Assembly (NCBI GenBank): GCA_964016885.1
Contig: OZ024749.1
Span: 55,366,001 to 55,430,000, forward strand
DNA length: 64,000 nucleotides
Direction: 5' to 3'
From: Eledone cirrhosa
Taxonomy: Eukaryota
Part shown: positions 14,066-27,127 of the stretch, piece after piece
Layout: each line of letters begins with the position of its first letter
How positions within the stretch are numbered: position 1 is the first letter of the stretch
Translations under genes and position numbers: made by a program
Notes under the pieces: generated by a model
Database searches by the model: none
What the model was told of the DNA's origin: nothing
What the model saw: only the letters and a program-made list of their open reading frames with translations

Positions 14066-14607
14066 TATATTAAAGCCAATGAACTATCTAAGATACTTCT
14101 TACAAACAGTCTGATCTGATAGCAAGTAATTGTAGTAGTTAGTAAGAAACTCTAAGGAGAGCTGGCCAGCAAAAGGTCTTAAGAGAAGAAACCCCCTTCA
14201 TGCAAGTGTTTTGGCCCTTGTCAAACAAAGTATTAACTCGAAAGTAAGTACAGTAACTAAACACAACTATTTGTTACTAATTAGGAATTTAGTCAATAAT
14301 TAGTTAGCAGACAAATAGTGACTAAAATCACAAACACCAAATTTACAATGTCGAGTTGATATGAGGATTATGAAAACCAAAGAATTATTATTGTTTCAAA
14401 ATATTATGGTATGACATGGTATGATATGTTTATGGTATGGCACGGAATGATATGAAATATCATGGAATGGTATGATAATAGACAGCCAGTGCTATAGATT
14501 TTTTTGTACATTGCAGAAAAGAAATTTTATAAAATTCATAATTTTTCCTATTTTATATATATATATATACATACACATATAAATAAATATATACATACAT
14601 ATATAAG

Positions 14608-14641
<34 letters not shown>

Positions 14642-15460
14642 AATATATCTATGCACACACACACACATAGGGAACACGTGCAAAAAACACACACACACAC
14701 TATATAGATACATACACACGTTTATTTTCATTTTTTAAACTAAGATATGAAAATGAATAAAACAAAAAATTTTAATTAAAAGAAGAAGAAAAAATGAAAG
14801 AAAGAAGAGAAGAAAATTAAAGAAAAGAAAATATGAAAAAATTGTCATAATATGAAAATGGGGTGGGGGAGAATTGAGGAAGAAAAACAAAAAAGACAAC
14901 ATTGATAAATAGATAGATTGAAAAAAAATAAAGGTGGGGAGAAAATTTACCCCCAATCCCTCTCATCCATCTCATACCTACCACAACCCCCTACAGTAAA
15001 TAAATGATGGGGTGGGAGTGGAGAGAGAGAAGTGACCCCCTCCTCTCCCGAGAGATGACACAACAATTACAACATCGATTACAAACAACCATAACAACAA
15101 TAACAATGACAATAAAAACAAACAAAATTTTTAATTTGGTGGTAAATAAAAAAAAATAAGGGTTAGGGAATTGCAAAGGTGTAGGGGTTGTTATTTTTTA
15201 TTTATTTTTTTGTTGTTTTTAGGAGGGGGAAGGGGAAAAAACCCTAAAAAATAAGGGTTAGGGAATTGCAAAGAAGTAGGGGTTGTTACTTTTTTTTGAA
15301 GATTTTTTTAGGAGGGAAATGGAAAAAATCCCTAAAAAGTAAGGGTTAAGGTGCAAAGAAGTAGGGGCTATTTTTTTACTTTTTTTTTGTTTTTTTGGAA
15401 GGGGTGGGGGAAAAAAGTAAAATAATAAAGGTAAGGAGTTAATAAGAGAAGATTACTTAC

Positions 15461-15496
15461 AAGTGAAATAAGGTTCATTCAGCTTAGTTGAAGAAT
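15461..15496 (-). CDS. mbl: 36-nt microexon (Y)SSTKLNEPYFT, phase 1/1
   Basis: CCCTTTCCTTCTAATCCACAG|ATTC...ACTT|GTAAGT; differs from the 42-nt copy by synonymous changes and one 6-nt indel. Confidence 0.8.
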
Positions 15497-16292
15497 CTGT
15501 GGATTAGAAGGAAAGGGACAAACATATAGTGAGTGAGTAAACAACAACTGCAACAATAATGCAGTGTAATGTTATAAAACAAACCAACAAAAACCCAAAA
15601 CATAAAACTATGTGAGGTGAGGGTGGGGTGAACCAGACAGTTTTTGTATGATTAGAAATGTTAGTAATTGTAATATTGGTACAAGACCAACAACTTGCAA
15701 GGTGAAGGGGGTAAAGTCAATTATATCAACCCAGTTTATTCCTGGTACTTTATTTTATCAACCCCGAGCTTGGCTTTAATAAAGCATATATAAATCTCTA
15801 CTACAATGTTGAGTACTTTCATTACTATATATATATACATATATAGTAATAATAATAAATGTGAAGACTAAAATCCAAAGAGGGCTCGATAAGGATAAAT
15901 ATATATCAAATATATAAGAACCCTAGAGCAAATACTTATCAAAATAACAGATTAAAGTTTAGGCAAAGAATCGCTGCTTTCACCCTTAATGGGATCTTCT
16001 TCATTTGTGAGTGAATGTTATGAATGCATTTACATATCTATTTATATATATATATATACATGATGGCTGCCCCCTCATTATCGAGTATGGCCATTGCACG
16101 ATATAACATTAATAATAATTATCAATTAATGCTATCGTGCAATGCCTGTGCATGAAGATTCTTTTTAAAGTGAGGAAAGACAGTGCACTAAGCCAATCCC
16201 ACTCTCTGATAGAGACAGTAGCTATAACCCGAAAAGAAGAAAAGATCAACATAATCGGTAACTACTGAGCTGTAGATTTTGTGTCGGAGTTA

Positions 16293-16340
<48 letters not shown>

Positions 16341-16376
16341 CACACACACACCTGGACACCTAGTAGCTTACTTTAA

Positions 16377-16591
16377 CCCTTTAGCATTTACATTACTCTA
16401 TATATATTATTGTATTTTTGTAGTAAAGACTTTACCTTACATAAAATCTCACATAATATCAAATCTATGACATTTTGATATTTATTTTGAGAAAATTACC
16501 TTAACATCAGTATGAGTGGCCAGTTACAGCCAGTTTGAAGAGAAAGGTGAGAAAACTTTGGCCGGATATGACCGGTTTAAATGCTAAAGGG
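16377..16591. mobile_element. piggyBac-type MITE, copy 1
   Basis: TTAA|CCCTTTAGCATTTA ... TAAATGCTAAAGGG terminal inverted repeats; right TSD degenerate. Confidence 0.8.
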
Positions 16592-16841
16592 TCCACCCCA
16601 AGATTCATATGTTAGTATAGTCTATTGTCAGGTTTCTTATCATTCATGCGGTGCTGCTTTTGTTTTTAGTCAATGTTTATTTTACTATGGTTGGTGTTGT
16701 TCTACACCGCTACACCATTCACTAATTCTTTTGCTTGTTTAGATTGCCTGTCTAGATTCCAGATGCCTATACTCTACTAATGTATTGAGTACCTTTGTTA
16801 ACTGTGCTCACCTCCCAATATACAACAGGAATCCACCTCTA

Positions 16842-16899
<58 letters not shown>

Positions 16900-16956
16900 C
16901 ACACATATATGAGAGAGGGGGAGAGAAAGAAATAGATATGGATGGATGCATGTTAG

Positions 16957-16991
<35 letters not shown>

Positions 16992-17751
16992 ATATGTATA
17001 TTGGTTATGCATGCTTGGTTAAATACAAATAGATGTGCAAAGAAGATGTCTATTATCCAGTTTAATGTTGAATCATTCATACTTTTGTAATGAGCTGTCT
17101 GGGTAATAGATAAGAAAGATGATAAAAATAGAATGAAAGAGGAAGAGGGAAAAGAGAGGGAGAGAGAGGAAGAGAAGGGAAAAGAGAGCGAGAGAGAGAA
17201 AGAGGAGGGAAAAGAGAGGGAGAGAGAGGAAGAGAAGGGAAAAGAGAGCGAGAGAGAGAAAGAGGAGGGAAAAGAGAGAGAGAAAGAGGAGGGAAAAGAG
17301 AGGGAGAGAGAGAGGTGTATAATTTTTTGTTTGTATTTTTTTCAACTGAAATGACAAAGATATGACTGGTTGGCTTAGTTTTAAGCTATTAACTATAATA
17401 GGTGGCAGATTGGCAGAACTGTTAGAACAGATAGAAGGCTGTGTGGCATTCATTCCAACCTTCTGCTCTCTGAGTTCAAATCCAGCCAAGGTCAACTTTG
17501 TTTTTTATGTATTTAAAGTCAAGAAAAATAAATACCAGTTAAGTACTGGAGTCAATTCTTTTATATCTCTCACTCTTTCTATCCTTCTGTGGAAGAAATC
17601 TGCCGTATTCAGACGTGGGGAGAGGAAATGGGCTCCGCTAGGTTTATAAAATGCCCTAGAAATACTATTTGTCAATGTGGCACCCCTACAATTTCATCAG
17701 GAGTTACGGTGGCCGTCTCAGAAGATAGCTACAGGACCATAAATACATTAA

Positions 17752-17971
17752 CCCTTTAGTATTTACATTAGTCTATATATACTATTATATTTACTATTGT
17801 ATTTTCCATGTAAAGGCTTTACCTCACATAATATTGAATCTATGAGATTTTGATATTATTTATTTTGAGAAAAATACCCTAATATTAGTACGAGTAGCCA
17901 GTTACAGCCGGTTTGAACACAAAAAGGTGAGAGAATTCTGGCCGGATATGGCTGGTTTAAATGCTGAAGGG
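17752..17971. mobile_element. piggyBac-type MITE, copy 2
   Basis: CCC...GGG TIRs with TTAA on both sides; same internal sequence as the other copies. Confidence 0.85.
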
Positions 17972-18989
17972 TTAACTATAAACCAAGTTAAATTATAAAT
18001 AAGTTAGTCAGCATCAAGCTACTCTCACAAATTATGTAATATGACGTTGGTAACAATGTAATGTTAATAGTGTAAAGCTAGTGCTGTTAATGTCTGTGTG
18101 TGTGTGAGAGAGTATGTATGTGACTGTGTGTGTAAGAGGGAGTGAGTGTGAGAGACAGTGTGTGTGTGTTTGTGTGATGGTGTGTATGAATGTGTGATGG
18201 TGTGTATGAATGTGTGTGTGTATTATATTCAGTTCACTGGGACTTCACGTGTGAAGGGATATATGTGTGTAATATACATATTCGGTTCACTGGTACTGTG
18301 AGTGTGAAATGTGTGTGTGTGTGTGAGTGTGTGACTGTGATGTGTGTGTGAACGTGTGAATGTGTGTGTGTGAGTATGTGAATGTGTGTGTGTGTGTGTG
18401 TGAGCATGTGAATGTGTGTGTGAGTGTGTGAATGTGAGATGTGTGTGTGTGAGCGTGTGAATGTGTGTGTGTGTGAGCATGTGAATGTGTGTGTGAGTGT
18501 GTGAATGTGAGATGTGTGTGTGTGAGCATGTGAATGTGTGTGTGTGTGAGCATGTGAATGTGTGTGTGAGTGTGTGAATGTGAGATGTGTGTGTGTGAGC
18601 GTGTGAATGAGTGTCAGTGTCAGATAGTGTGTGTATTATATATATTTGGTTGACTGGGGACTTATTCAACTATCAGTTTGAGGTTATTTATAAATATATA
18701 TTTTAACACCACACACACACACACATAAATATATATTTTAACACCACACACACACACACATAAATATATATTTTAACACCACACACACGCACACAAATAC
18801 ATATTTTAACACCACACACGCACACATAAATATATATTTTAACACCACACACACACACATAAATACATATTATTTGTTTACAGGTTTCAGTCATTGCACT
18901 GCGGTTATACTGCGGCATATACATACAAATTTAATATTGGTCATGCTTGTGTTTTTTTGCAAAAATAATAAAAATAAATATATAGACAC

Positions 18990-20070
18990 CATCCCCCACA
19001 CCACCCAGCCTAACACTCCACACCACCTCTAACACACCTCAAGATGTATGAAAACACACCACCCAACCTTCTCTAACACCGCTCCAGATGTATGTATACA
19101 CACCACCCAGCCTCCTCTAACATACCTCCAGATGTATATAGACACTCCACACCACCTCTAACACACCTCAAGATGTACGAAAACACACCACCCAACCTTC
19201 TCTAACGCCGCTCCAGATGTATGTATACACACCACTCAGCCTCCTCTAACACAGCTCCAGATGTGTGTATACACACCACCCAACCTTTTCTAACACACCT
19301 CCAGATGTATGTATACACACCACCCAACCTCCTCTAATACACCTCCAGATGTATGTATACACACCACCCAACCTCCTCTAACACACCACCAGATGTATGT
19401 ACACAGACCACCCAACCTCCTCTAACACACCTCCAGATGTATGTACACACACCACCCAATCTCCTCTAACACACCTCCAGATGTATGTACACACACCACC
19501 CAATCTCCTCTAACACACCTCCAGATGTATGTACACACACCACCCAATCTCCTCTAACACACCTCCAGATGTATGTACACACACCACCCAATCTCCTCTA
19601 ACACACCTCCAGATGTATGTACACACACCACCCAATCTCCTCTAACACACCTCCAGATGTATGTACACACACCACCCAATCTCCTCTAACACACCTCCAG
19701 ATGTATGTACACACACCACCCAACCTCCTCTAACACACCTCCAGATGTATGTACACACACACCACCCAACCTCCTCTAACACACCTCCAGATGTATGTAC
19801 ACACACCACCCAATCTCCTCTAACACACCTCCAGATGTATGTACACACACCACCCAATCTCCTCTAACACACCTCCAGATGTATGTACACACACCACCCA
19901 ACCTCCTCTAACACACCTCCAGATGTATGTACACACACCACCCAATCTCCTCTAACACACCTCCAGATGTATGTACACACACCACCCAACCTCCACTAAC
20001 ACACCTCCAGATGTATGTACACACACCACCCAACCTCCTCTAACACACCTCCAGATGTATGTACACACAA
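18990..20070. repeat. minisatellite, 44-bp unit, about 24 copies
   Basis: ACACACCACCCAATCTCCTCTAACACACCTCCAGATGTATGTAC in tandem, more diverged at the left end. Confidence 0.95.
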
Positions 20071-20212
20071 CGAAATACATGTCAGGACAGTATTGAGAAT
20101 CATAACATTGAAGAGTAACAGAGAGGGAAAGATAGAGGACTGGGGTTGTGGTGGGAGGGATGGATAGAGAGGGAGGGGTTGTGGTGGGAGGGATGGAGAG
20201 AGAGGAGGATGG

Positions 20213-20246
<34 letters not shown>

Positions 20247-20740
20247 GGAGAGGGAGAGAGAGAGGGGGGGGAACTGGGAGAGTATAAGAGAAAGACAGAT
20301 AGAGAGAGAGAGACTGAGGTAAACATGAAACATAATAAAGCTACCACCAACGCCACAACAACAACAACAGCATGTAAACCATTATTAAGGAACATAATGG
20401 TGGGGGAGAGGAATATGTGTCAGGAACAATACAATTCTAACATTACTTTGGGGGGTTAAAAATAATTTGTAAACAATTATTACAGTTATTGCTATTGTGG
20501 TGGAGTTATTGTTGTGGTGGTGGTGTGGTGGAGATGTTGTGCTGGTGTTGTGGTTGTATTGTGGTATTGTAGTTTGTGAGGTGGTGGTGATAGTGTTGTT
20601 GTTGTGGTAGTCTGGTGTATGTTTGAGCCAAACCTCGCAGAAACCATTTGATCTGAGAGAAATTGCAGCCTAAATCTACCACAAATACTTACTACCCCAT
20701 TGTCTTTTTTTTTAGAAATATTTAAAATATATGGAATTAA

Positions 20741-21586
20741 CCCTTTGCCATTTAAATTACTCTATATATACTATTGTATTTTCACAGTAAAGGCTTTACC
20801 ACACATAACATTTACATTACTCTATATATACTATTGTATTTTCACAGTAAAGGCTTTACCTCACATAACATTTACATTACTCTATATATACTATTGTATT
20901 TTCACAGTAAAGGCTTTACCTCACATAACATTTACATTACTCTATATATACTATTGTATTTTCACAGTAAAGGCTTTACCTCACATAACATTTACATTAC
21001 TCTATATATACTATTGTATTTTCACAGTAAAGGCTTTACCTCACATACCATTTACATTACTCTATATATACTATTGTATTTTCACAGTAAAGGCTTTACC
21101 TCACATAACATTTACATTACTCTATATATACTATTGTATTTTCACAGTAAAGGCTTTACCTCACATAACATTTACATTACTCTATATATACTATTGTATT
21201 TTCACAGTAAAGGCTTTACCTCACATAACATTTACATTATATATACTATTGTATTTTCACAGTAAAGGCTTTACCACACATAACATTTACATTACTCTAT
21301 ATATACTATTGTATTTTCACAGTAAAGGCTTTACCTCACATACCATTTACATTACTCTATATATACTATTGTATTTTCACAGTAAAGGCTTTACCTCACA
21401 TAACATTTACATTATATATACTATTGTATTTTCATAGTAAAGGCTTTATCTCACATAATATCGAATCTATGACATTTTGAAATTATTTATTTTGAGAACA
21501 ATACCTTAACATGAATATGAGTGGCCAGTTACAGCCGGTTTAAACAGAAAGAGGTGAGAGATACGGCTGGTTTAAATGCTAAAGGG
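20741..21586. mobile_element. piggyBac-type MITE, copy 3, with an internal 60-bp segment amplified about 12 times
   Basis: TTAA TSDs and TIRs retained; tandem CATTTACATTACTCTATATATACTATTGTATTTTCACAGTAAAGGCTTTACCTCACATAA. Confidence 0.88.
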
Positions 21587-22628
21587 TTAATACAGCTGAT
21601 ATGTCAGAGAAGAAGACATGATGGTGACAGCTAGAGAGGTGATTGAATAATACATAATACAGGGAAATATTTCTCTTCAGTATTGATGTCGATGGTGGTG
21701 ATGATGATCATCATTATTATCATCATTCAATGTCCATTTACCCATGCTAGCATGGGTTAGATAGGTTGTCACATTACGAGAGAGACCATGTCTTGCTCAT
21801 ACAGATCTCTATTTTGGCTTGGTTTCTATGGCTAGATGCCCTTCCTAACACCATGTTACAGTATGGAGGTGATGATGATAAGTGCTAGAGGTATGTGTGT
21901 GCCCATGGGTCTTAAGTCTGTGTTAGTGTGTGTGATGATGTGCAAGCATGTGTATGTAATGCTGTTTAATGTATGTGAATATGTTTTTGCCCTTATACAT
22001 ACTCCATGTGTGTTTATGTATATATGCGCATATGTATGCATTCATATAATTTTCTACATGCACACACATGCATGTATGCATGTGTGTATAAACAAAATAT
22101 ACATTACTATCTGTATACATATGCACACACACACACACACAACAGTGTGTGTGGCTGGATGGATGAATGCATATGTGAATGAATGGATATGTATGTGCAT
22201 GTGTGTGTGTTATGTGTGTATGTGTATATGTTATGAAAGTGTACGTATGTGTGTATATGTGTGCATGTGTTTTATGTGAATGCATATGTATATATACAAC
22301 ACAGCACAAATGTTACTAGAGATAGAGAGAGAGGGAGAGAGAGAGCAGGGGTGTGAGGGGGAAGAACTGGGGGGAAGGGTAGAGAGGATGAGTTCTTGGC
22401 TGATGCCAATAAATAACTCGGCAACTGATGCAGTGAGCAGGAAATTGCAAAATTTATGGTTCAAATTCATCACCGATATACAATTTAGTACAGAAATAAG
22501 TCACAATTACCCCCGCTTTCGGGCTTTCTCTTTTTCCTTCATATTCTTTATTATTTTCTTCCCCCCCCCCCCCCCCCTTCACCCTTTTTATTTTCATATT
22601 TTGTTTGTAACTTTTGTATTTTTATTTA

Positions 22629-22682
<54 letters not shown>

Positions 22683-22745
22683 TATATATAGAGAGAGAGA
22701 GAAAGAGAGATATACACATATATATATATATATATATACATATAT

Positions 22746-22791
<46 letters not shown>

Positions 22792-23786
22792 CTTTCTTTC
22801 TTCTCCTAGCTGCCCTCTCTATTATTGTTGTACCCTGATCTTCTTCCTTGTCTGAATCACCCAGCCACCCTACTACACCCCCTCATGTCATTTACTACTA
22901 CTACTACTACTACTACTACCTGGCTGGTGGATTGGCAATAATAATAATAATGAAATTCTTGTGTAGTGCTCAGGTGCACTACAACTCATCAAAGGTGTAT
23001 GTATAGTACATAGAATGATGTGCAAATGTCAGGTGGAACATCGGACAACATGCTTTGTGGCACAGAGTTACGGCCCTTTGCGTTCTGATTTCAAATCCCA
23101 CTGAGGTCAGATTTGCCTTTCATCCATACGGTGTTTATAAAATAAAGTACCAGTAATACTCTGGGTCTGATTTAATCAACTTTCCCCTCCAACCTACCAA
23201 AACACTTGGTCTTGCGCCTTAATCAGAAACCATTAGATATATGTTTTTAATGTGGTTTTTTAGTGGTTTTTATGGTTTAGTATTTTTTGTCAGACTGACG
23301 TAAAGTTTAGTCAGGGTTTATCTTTTGTCATATAATATGGAGAAAAACTGCTGTAACTTGGGCAAATAAGAAAACAACATAAACTGAGATATACCTGTAT
23401 ATGTTAGTAAACCATGAGGAGAAGCAGAGACTATACACAGTACACATATAATATATTGGGGAAGTAGAAACAAGGGAAGAAAGAAGTACTCAATACGTGA
23501 AGTAAAGTGTATTTTTTGTTTGTTTTGTTTTTTGGTTGGAAACTGATAATTCCATCTGACAATACTTAGAAGTTTTTACTAAAACAAAAGTATGAAGCAA
23601 ACCACATATACACACAGTCTAGTATTTTAGCTATATATACATACACACTGAAACATACTTTCACACACACACAAACACAGGCAAAGCTAACAAAGGAGCA
23701 TTTACATGGCTGATCGGCATGCTAGAAGCAACAACACAAATCTCCTTTTTATCACACCCTGTCATCTTAGAATATATATATATATA

Positions 23787-23911
23787 TAGCATGGGTTAGA
23801 CGGGTTGCCCTGTTGTGGGCAGTGCCCGGTCGGCTGACCATGTCTTGCTCATACAGGAATTGTATATATATATATATACACATACATATACACAGTTCCT
23901 GTACATATATG

Positions 23912-23964
<53 letters not shown>

Positions 23965-24037
23965 TTCCTGTATGAGCAAGACATGGTCAGCCGACTGGGC
24001 ACTGCCCACAACAGGGCAACCAATCTAACCCATGCTA
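23787..24037. repeat. near-perfect inverted repeat, arms about 85 bp, (TA)-rich spacer
   Basis: TAGCATGGGTTAGACGGGTTGCCCTGTTGTGGGCAGTGCCCGGTCGGCTGACCATGTCTTGCTCATACAGGAA and its reverse complement at about 23962-24037. Confidence 0.95.
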
Positions 24038-24273
24038 GCGTGGAAGAATGGACGTAAAATGGTGATGGTGATGATGATGATATATATATATTACTCTTTT
24101 ACCTGTCCCAGCCATCCGGCTGAGGCCATGCTGGAGCTATATATATATAAAGGATAATGTGATTCTAAATACAATGACTGGGCGGAGAGGCAAGATGTTC
24201 TTTCATAACGTTTGCTCAACAACAACAACAGCAACAACAAAGCAATATTTATGATATACAAAAAGTAACTTAC

Positions 24274-24315
24274 AAGTAAAATAAGGTTGAATTTCATTCA
24301 GTTTTGTAGATGAAT
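24274..24315 (-). CDS. mbl: 42-nt microexon (Y)SSTKLNEIQPYFT, phase 1/1
   Basis: CTTTTCTTTTTCTTAATACAG|ATTC...ACTT|GTAAGT; in frame with the upstream phase-1 donor; paralogous to 15461-15496. Confidence 0.8.
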
Positions 24316-24957
24316 CTGTATTAAGAAAAAGAAAAGTGAAATGAATTTAAATATATGAGCATCCTAAATACAGAAAATGACTGTAATAACTGTCTATCAC
24401 TATAAATAATAGTTGATAAAATATTCTTAGAGATGGGGAAAAAATAAAAGGTTCATGGAAGTTCCTACTGGGAAATAAACCTCATATCTCTTGAATTTCA
24501 TCATTTTTAACTATACAAGGACTTGCACTTATAATATATATATATTAACAGGTTCATGCACGTGTTACTTTCACTTGTGAATAACTTTTAGCTGTTTAAG
24601 TGTGAAGTTCCTGGCTGTTTTATAACCTCTACACTGGATTCCTGGATCAAATTTCTAAAAAGAAATTTGATCCAACTTTTAAAAAAAAATCTGCTTCTTA
24701 CTAATAAAACTGTTTTCTGAATTTTTTAAACACAATATATTGGAAGGATTTTTGCAAAGCTACATACATACTTCCTCTGATCATATATGATAGAATGTTT
24801 TTAGGTAAATATTCACACTTTGAAATAAACAGATTTGGAATATTATAGAAACAAGGTGTAAGTTTCAGGTAGCTTGGTATTAAAAGGGTTACCAAAACAA
24901 CAAAAAAAAAATAATAAATATCAAATATAAAACAAAGAAGAAAAAACAGATACTTAC

Positions 24958-25099
24958 ATGTTACTGGTAAGTATGGTTGTTGAAGTTGCATTGCAAGTGC
25001 CTGCTGGTAGGTCACGTTGCCAGGTTGATAGACTGGGACACCACTTTTACTGTCTGCCACAGCTACACGTTTGGCGTATGGTGCACCGGTAAGACCACC
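24958..25099 (-). CDS. mbl: muscleblind C-terminal exon GGLTGAPYAKRVAVADSKSGVPVYQPGNVTYQQALAMQLQQPYLPVT (142 nt, phase 0/1)
   Basis: Acceptor TTTCCTCTTGTTGGCACTAG|GGT; donor ACAT|GTAAGT. Similar to invertebrate Mbl KR..A.KSG.PVYQP and vertebrate YQQALANMQLQQ. Confidence 0.93.
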
Positions 25100-25637
25100 C
25101 TAGTGCCAACAAGAGGAAATATCGAATTAAACTTGAAAATTGGTTTTCGTTATTTAAGAGAATACGACAAAAATATTAAAATATTTTATATAAATATTCT
25201 TTTCGTTTTTTTTTTTTTTTTAAATATAAATAAGGAAAGCAGAAATTATATAGGAGGAAGGAAAGAAATAGAAAATAGAAAATAAATTTTTAGAAAAAAA
25301 ATAATAAATAAAATCGTCTGGGAGACATTTAAAAAAAAATCTAAAAACAAAATCTGTTTTTTTTTACTCTTATACTTTATTTTTCATTTTATTTTAAGTA
25401 TTTTTAATGCTTTATTTATAAACTTAATTACTTTTTTTGAAGGACATTGTGGAAAAGAATTAAAGTTTCAAAAGAAAAAAGATTTAAAAAAAAAAATGAA
25501 AAATGAAACCCATATAAGACAAATTTGAAATGTCAGTAAACTAATTGCGTGACTTTGTTTTATATATAGTTAGAGATATTTTATTTGAAAGCAGTTTTGA
25601 ATGAACCGTGAAGATGATGAATAAATGATTATTAAGT

Positions 25638-26050
25638 TGAACTTGTTTCAAATGTGACTTGATCTGAGATCAGGATGAAGTTGTTTCAAATGTGACTTGA
25701 TCTGAGGTTAGGATGAACTTGTTTCAAATGTGACTTGATCTGAGATCAGGATGAAGTTGTTTCAAAAGTGACTTGATCAGGGATGAAGATGAACTTGTGT
25801 CAAAAGTGATATGATGAGACCAGGATGAACATGTTTCAAATGTGATATGATCTGAGATTAGGATGACCATGTTTCAAAAGTAAAATGATCTGAGACCAGG
25901 ATGAACTTGTTTCAAATGTGACTTGATCTGAGGTTAGGATGAACTTGTTTCAAATGTGACTTGATCTGAGATCAGAATGAACTTGTTTCAAAAGTGATAT
26001 GATCCAGGATCAAGACGAACTTGCTTCAAAAGTGACTTGATCTAGATCAG
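25638..26050. repeat. degenerate minisatellite, about 38-bp unit, about 11 copies
   Basis: GAACTTGTTTCAAATGTGACTTGATCTGAGATCAGGAT in tandem. Confidence 0.9.
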
Positions 26051-26565
26051 AATATGTTGAAACATGAATTGATTTCAACACTGAAGGAAGATCTTCATCA
26101 AAACAATTTAAAACACGTATATACTATTATATTCACTTTCATTTTGTGTCTGTGTATGTGATAATATTTATATACTATAGTTAAATATCTTTGTTGTACA
26201 TCGATGTAATACTTCTATCTTTTAAATACAAGATACTCAATAATAAATAATAATATAATTATAATTACAAAATAAAGCATAAATAAATACAACTGTATAC
26301 ATGTTTGTTTCAAATTGTCATCACCACCCTTCCATGGAATAATTGCTTATACATATAAATATATTTATATATATATATATATAATTAGAAAAAAAAAATG
26401 TCCAGCCCAACTTCCCTGCCCCAGTCCCCCACCCTTCATTCCACTAAATGTTTCTCTGGTACCATGTGTGATGTGTGATGTGTTTTTTTCTTTTTAAAAA
26501 ACCAGATTTAATATATGATAAACCTGCTGGAAAAAAAACTATGCATGTGTGTGTGAGTCTATGTG

Positions 26566-26670
<105 letters not shown>

Positions 26671-27083
26671 GTGTGCGTGCGAGTATATGTGTGTGTGAGT
26701 GTTTCTGCAATGCATGGGAAAACAATGAAAAGAAAAATGGATACTATAAGAAATAAAATGGTTAGTAAAGAATTATGAAGTTTTGAAATGCAGTGTTAGG
26801 GAAGAGTTAAATGAGATGCTGAAGAGGTAAAATTACAGCAAGTAGGGCTTAGTATTCACAGCTGAAGCTCATTGTTGATATATACATAATATATATTAAG
26901 TGTTTCTCTAGGAAAGGTAAAGGAAAGGAGAGTGCTCTATGTAGGCTACAGAGCTTTTTAGTTATGTAATAAACAACATAAGACAATTATTTCTGACGAA
27001 CGATTTCAGACGTCTGTGTCAAGCTCATCTGTCTTCGTGAAACCTTTGGTAAATGAAATAATTGTCTTATGTTGTTTATTACA

Positions 27084-27127
<44 letters not shown>

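Noticed and set aside
12811-14114. Repeat array with repetitive ORFs, superficially CRISPR-like
   Set aside because: Units are contiguous with no unique spacers, no cas genes, and the context is a eukaryotic intron; the same holds for the other minisatellites.
15158-15365. TTAGGG-containing triple repeat as interstitial telomere
   Set aside because: Only isolated hexamers within an imperfect local triplication of about 90 bp.
24701-24957. Hydrophobic read-through extension of the mbl exon (CKYLFFLLCFIF...) suggesting a membrane anchor
   Set aside because: Begins exactly at a consensus GTAAGT donor; the hydrophobicity follows from U-rich intron sequence. No evidence for retention.
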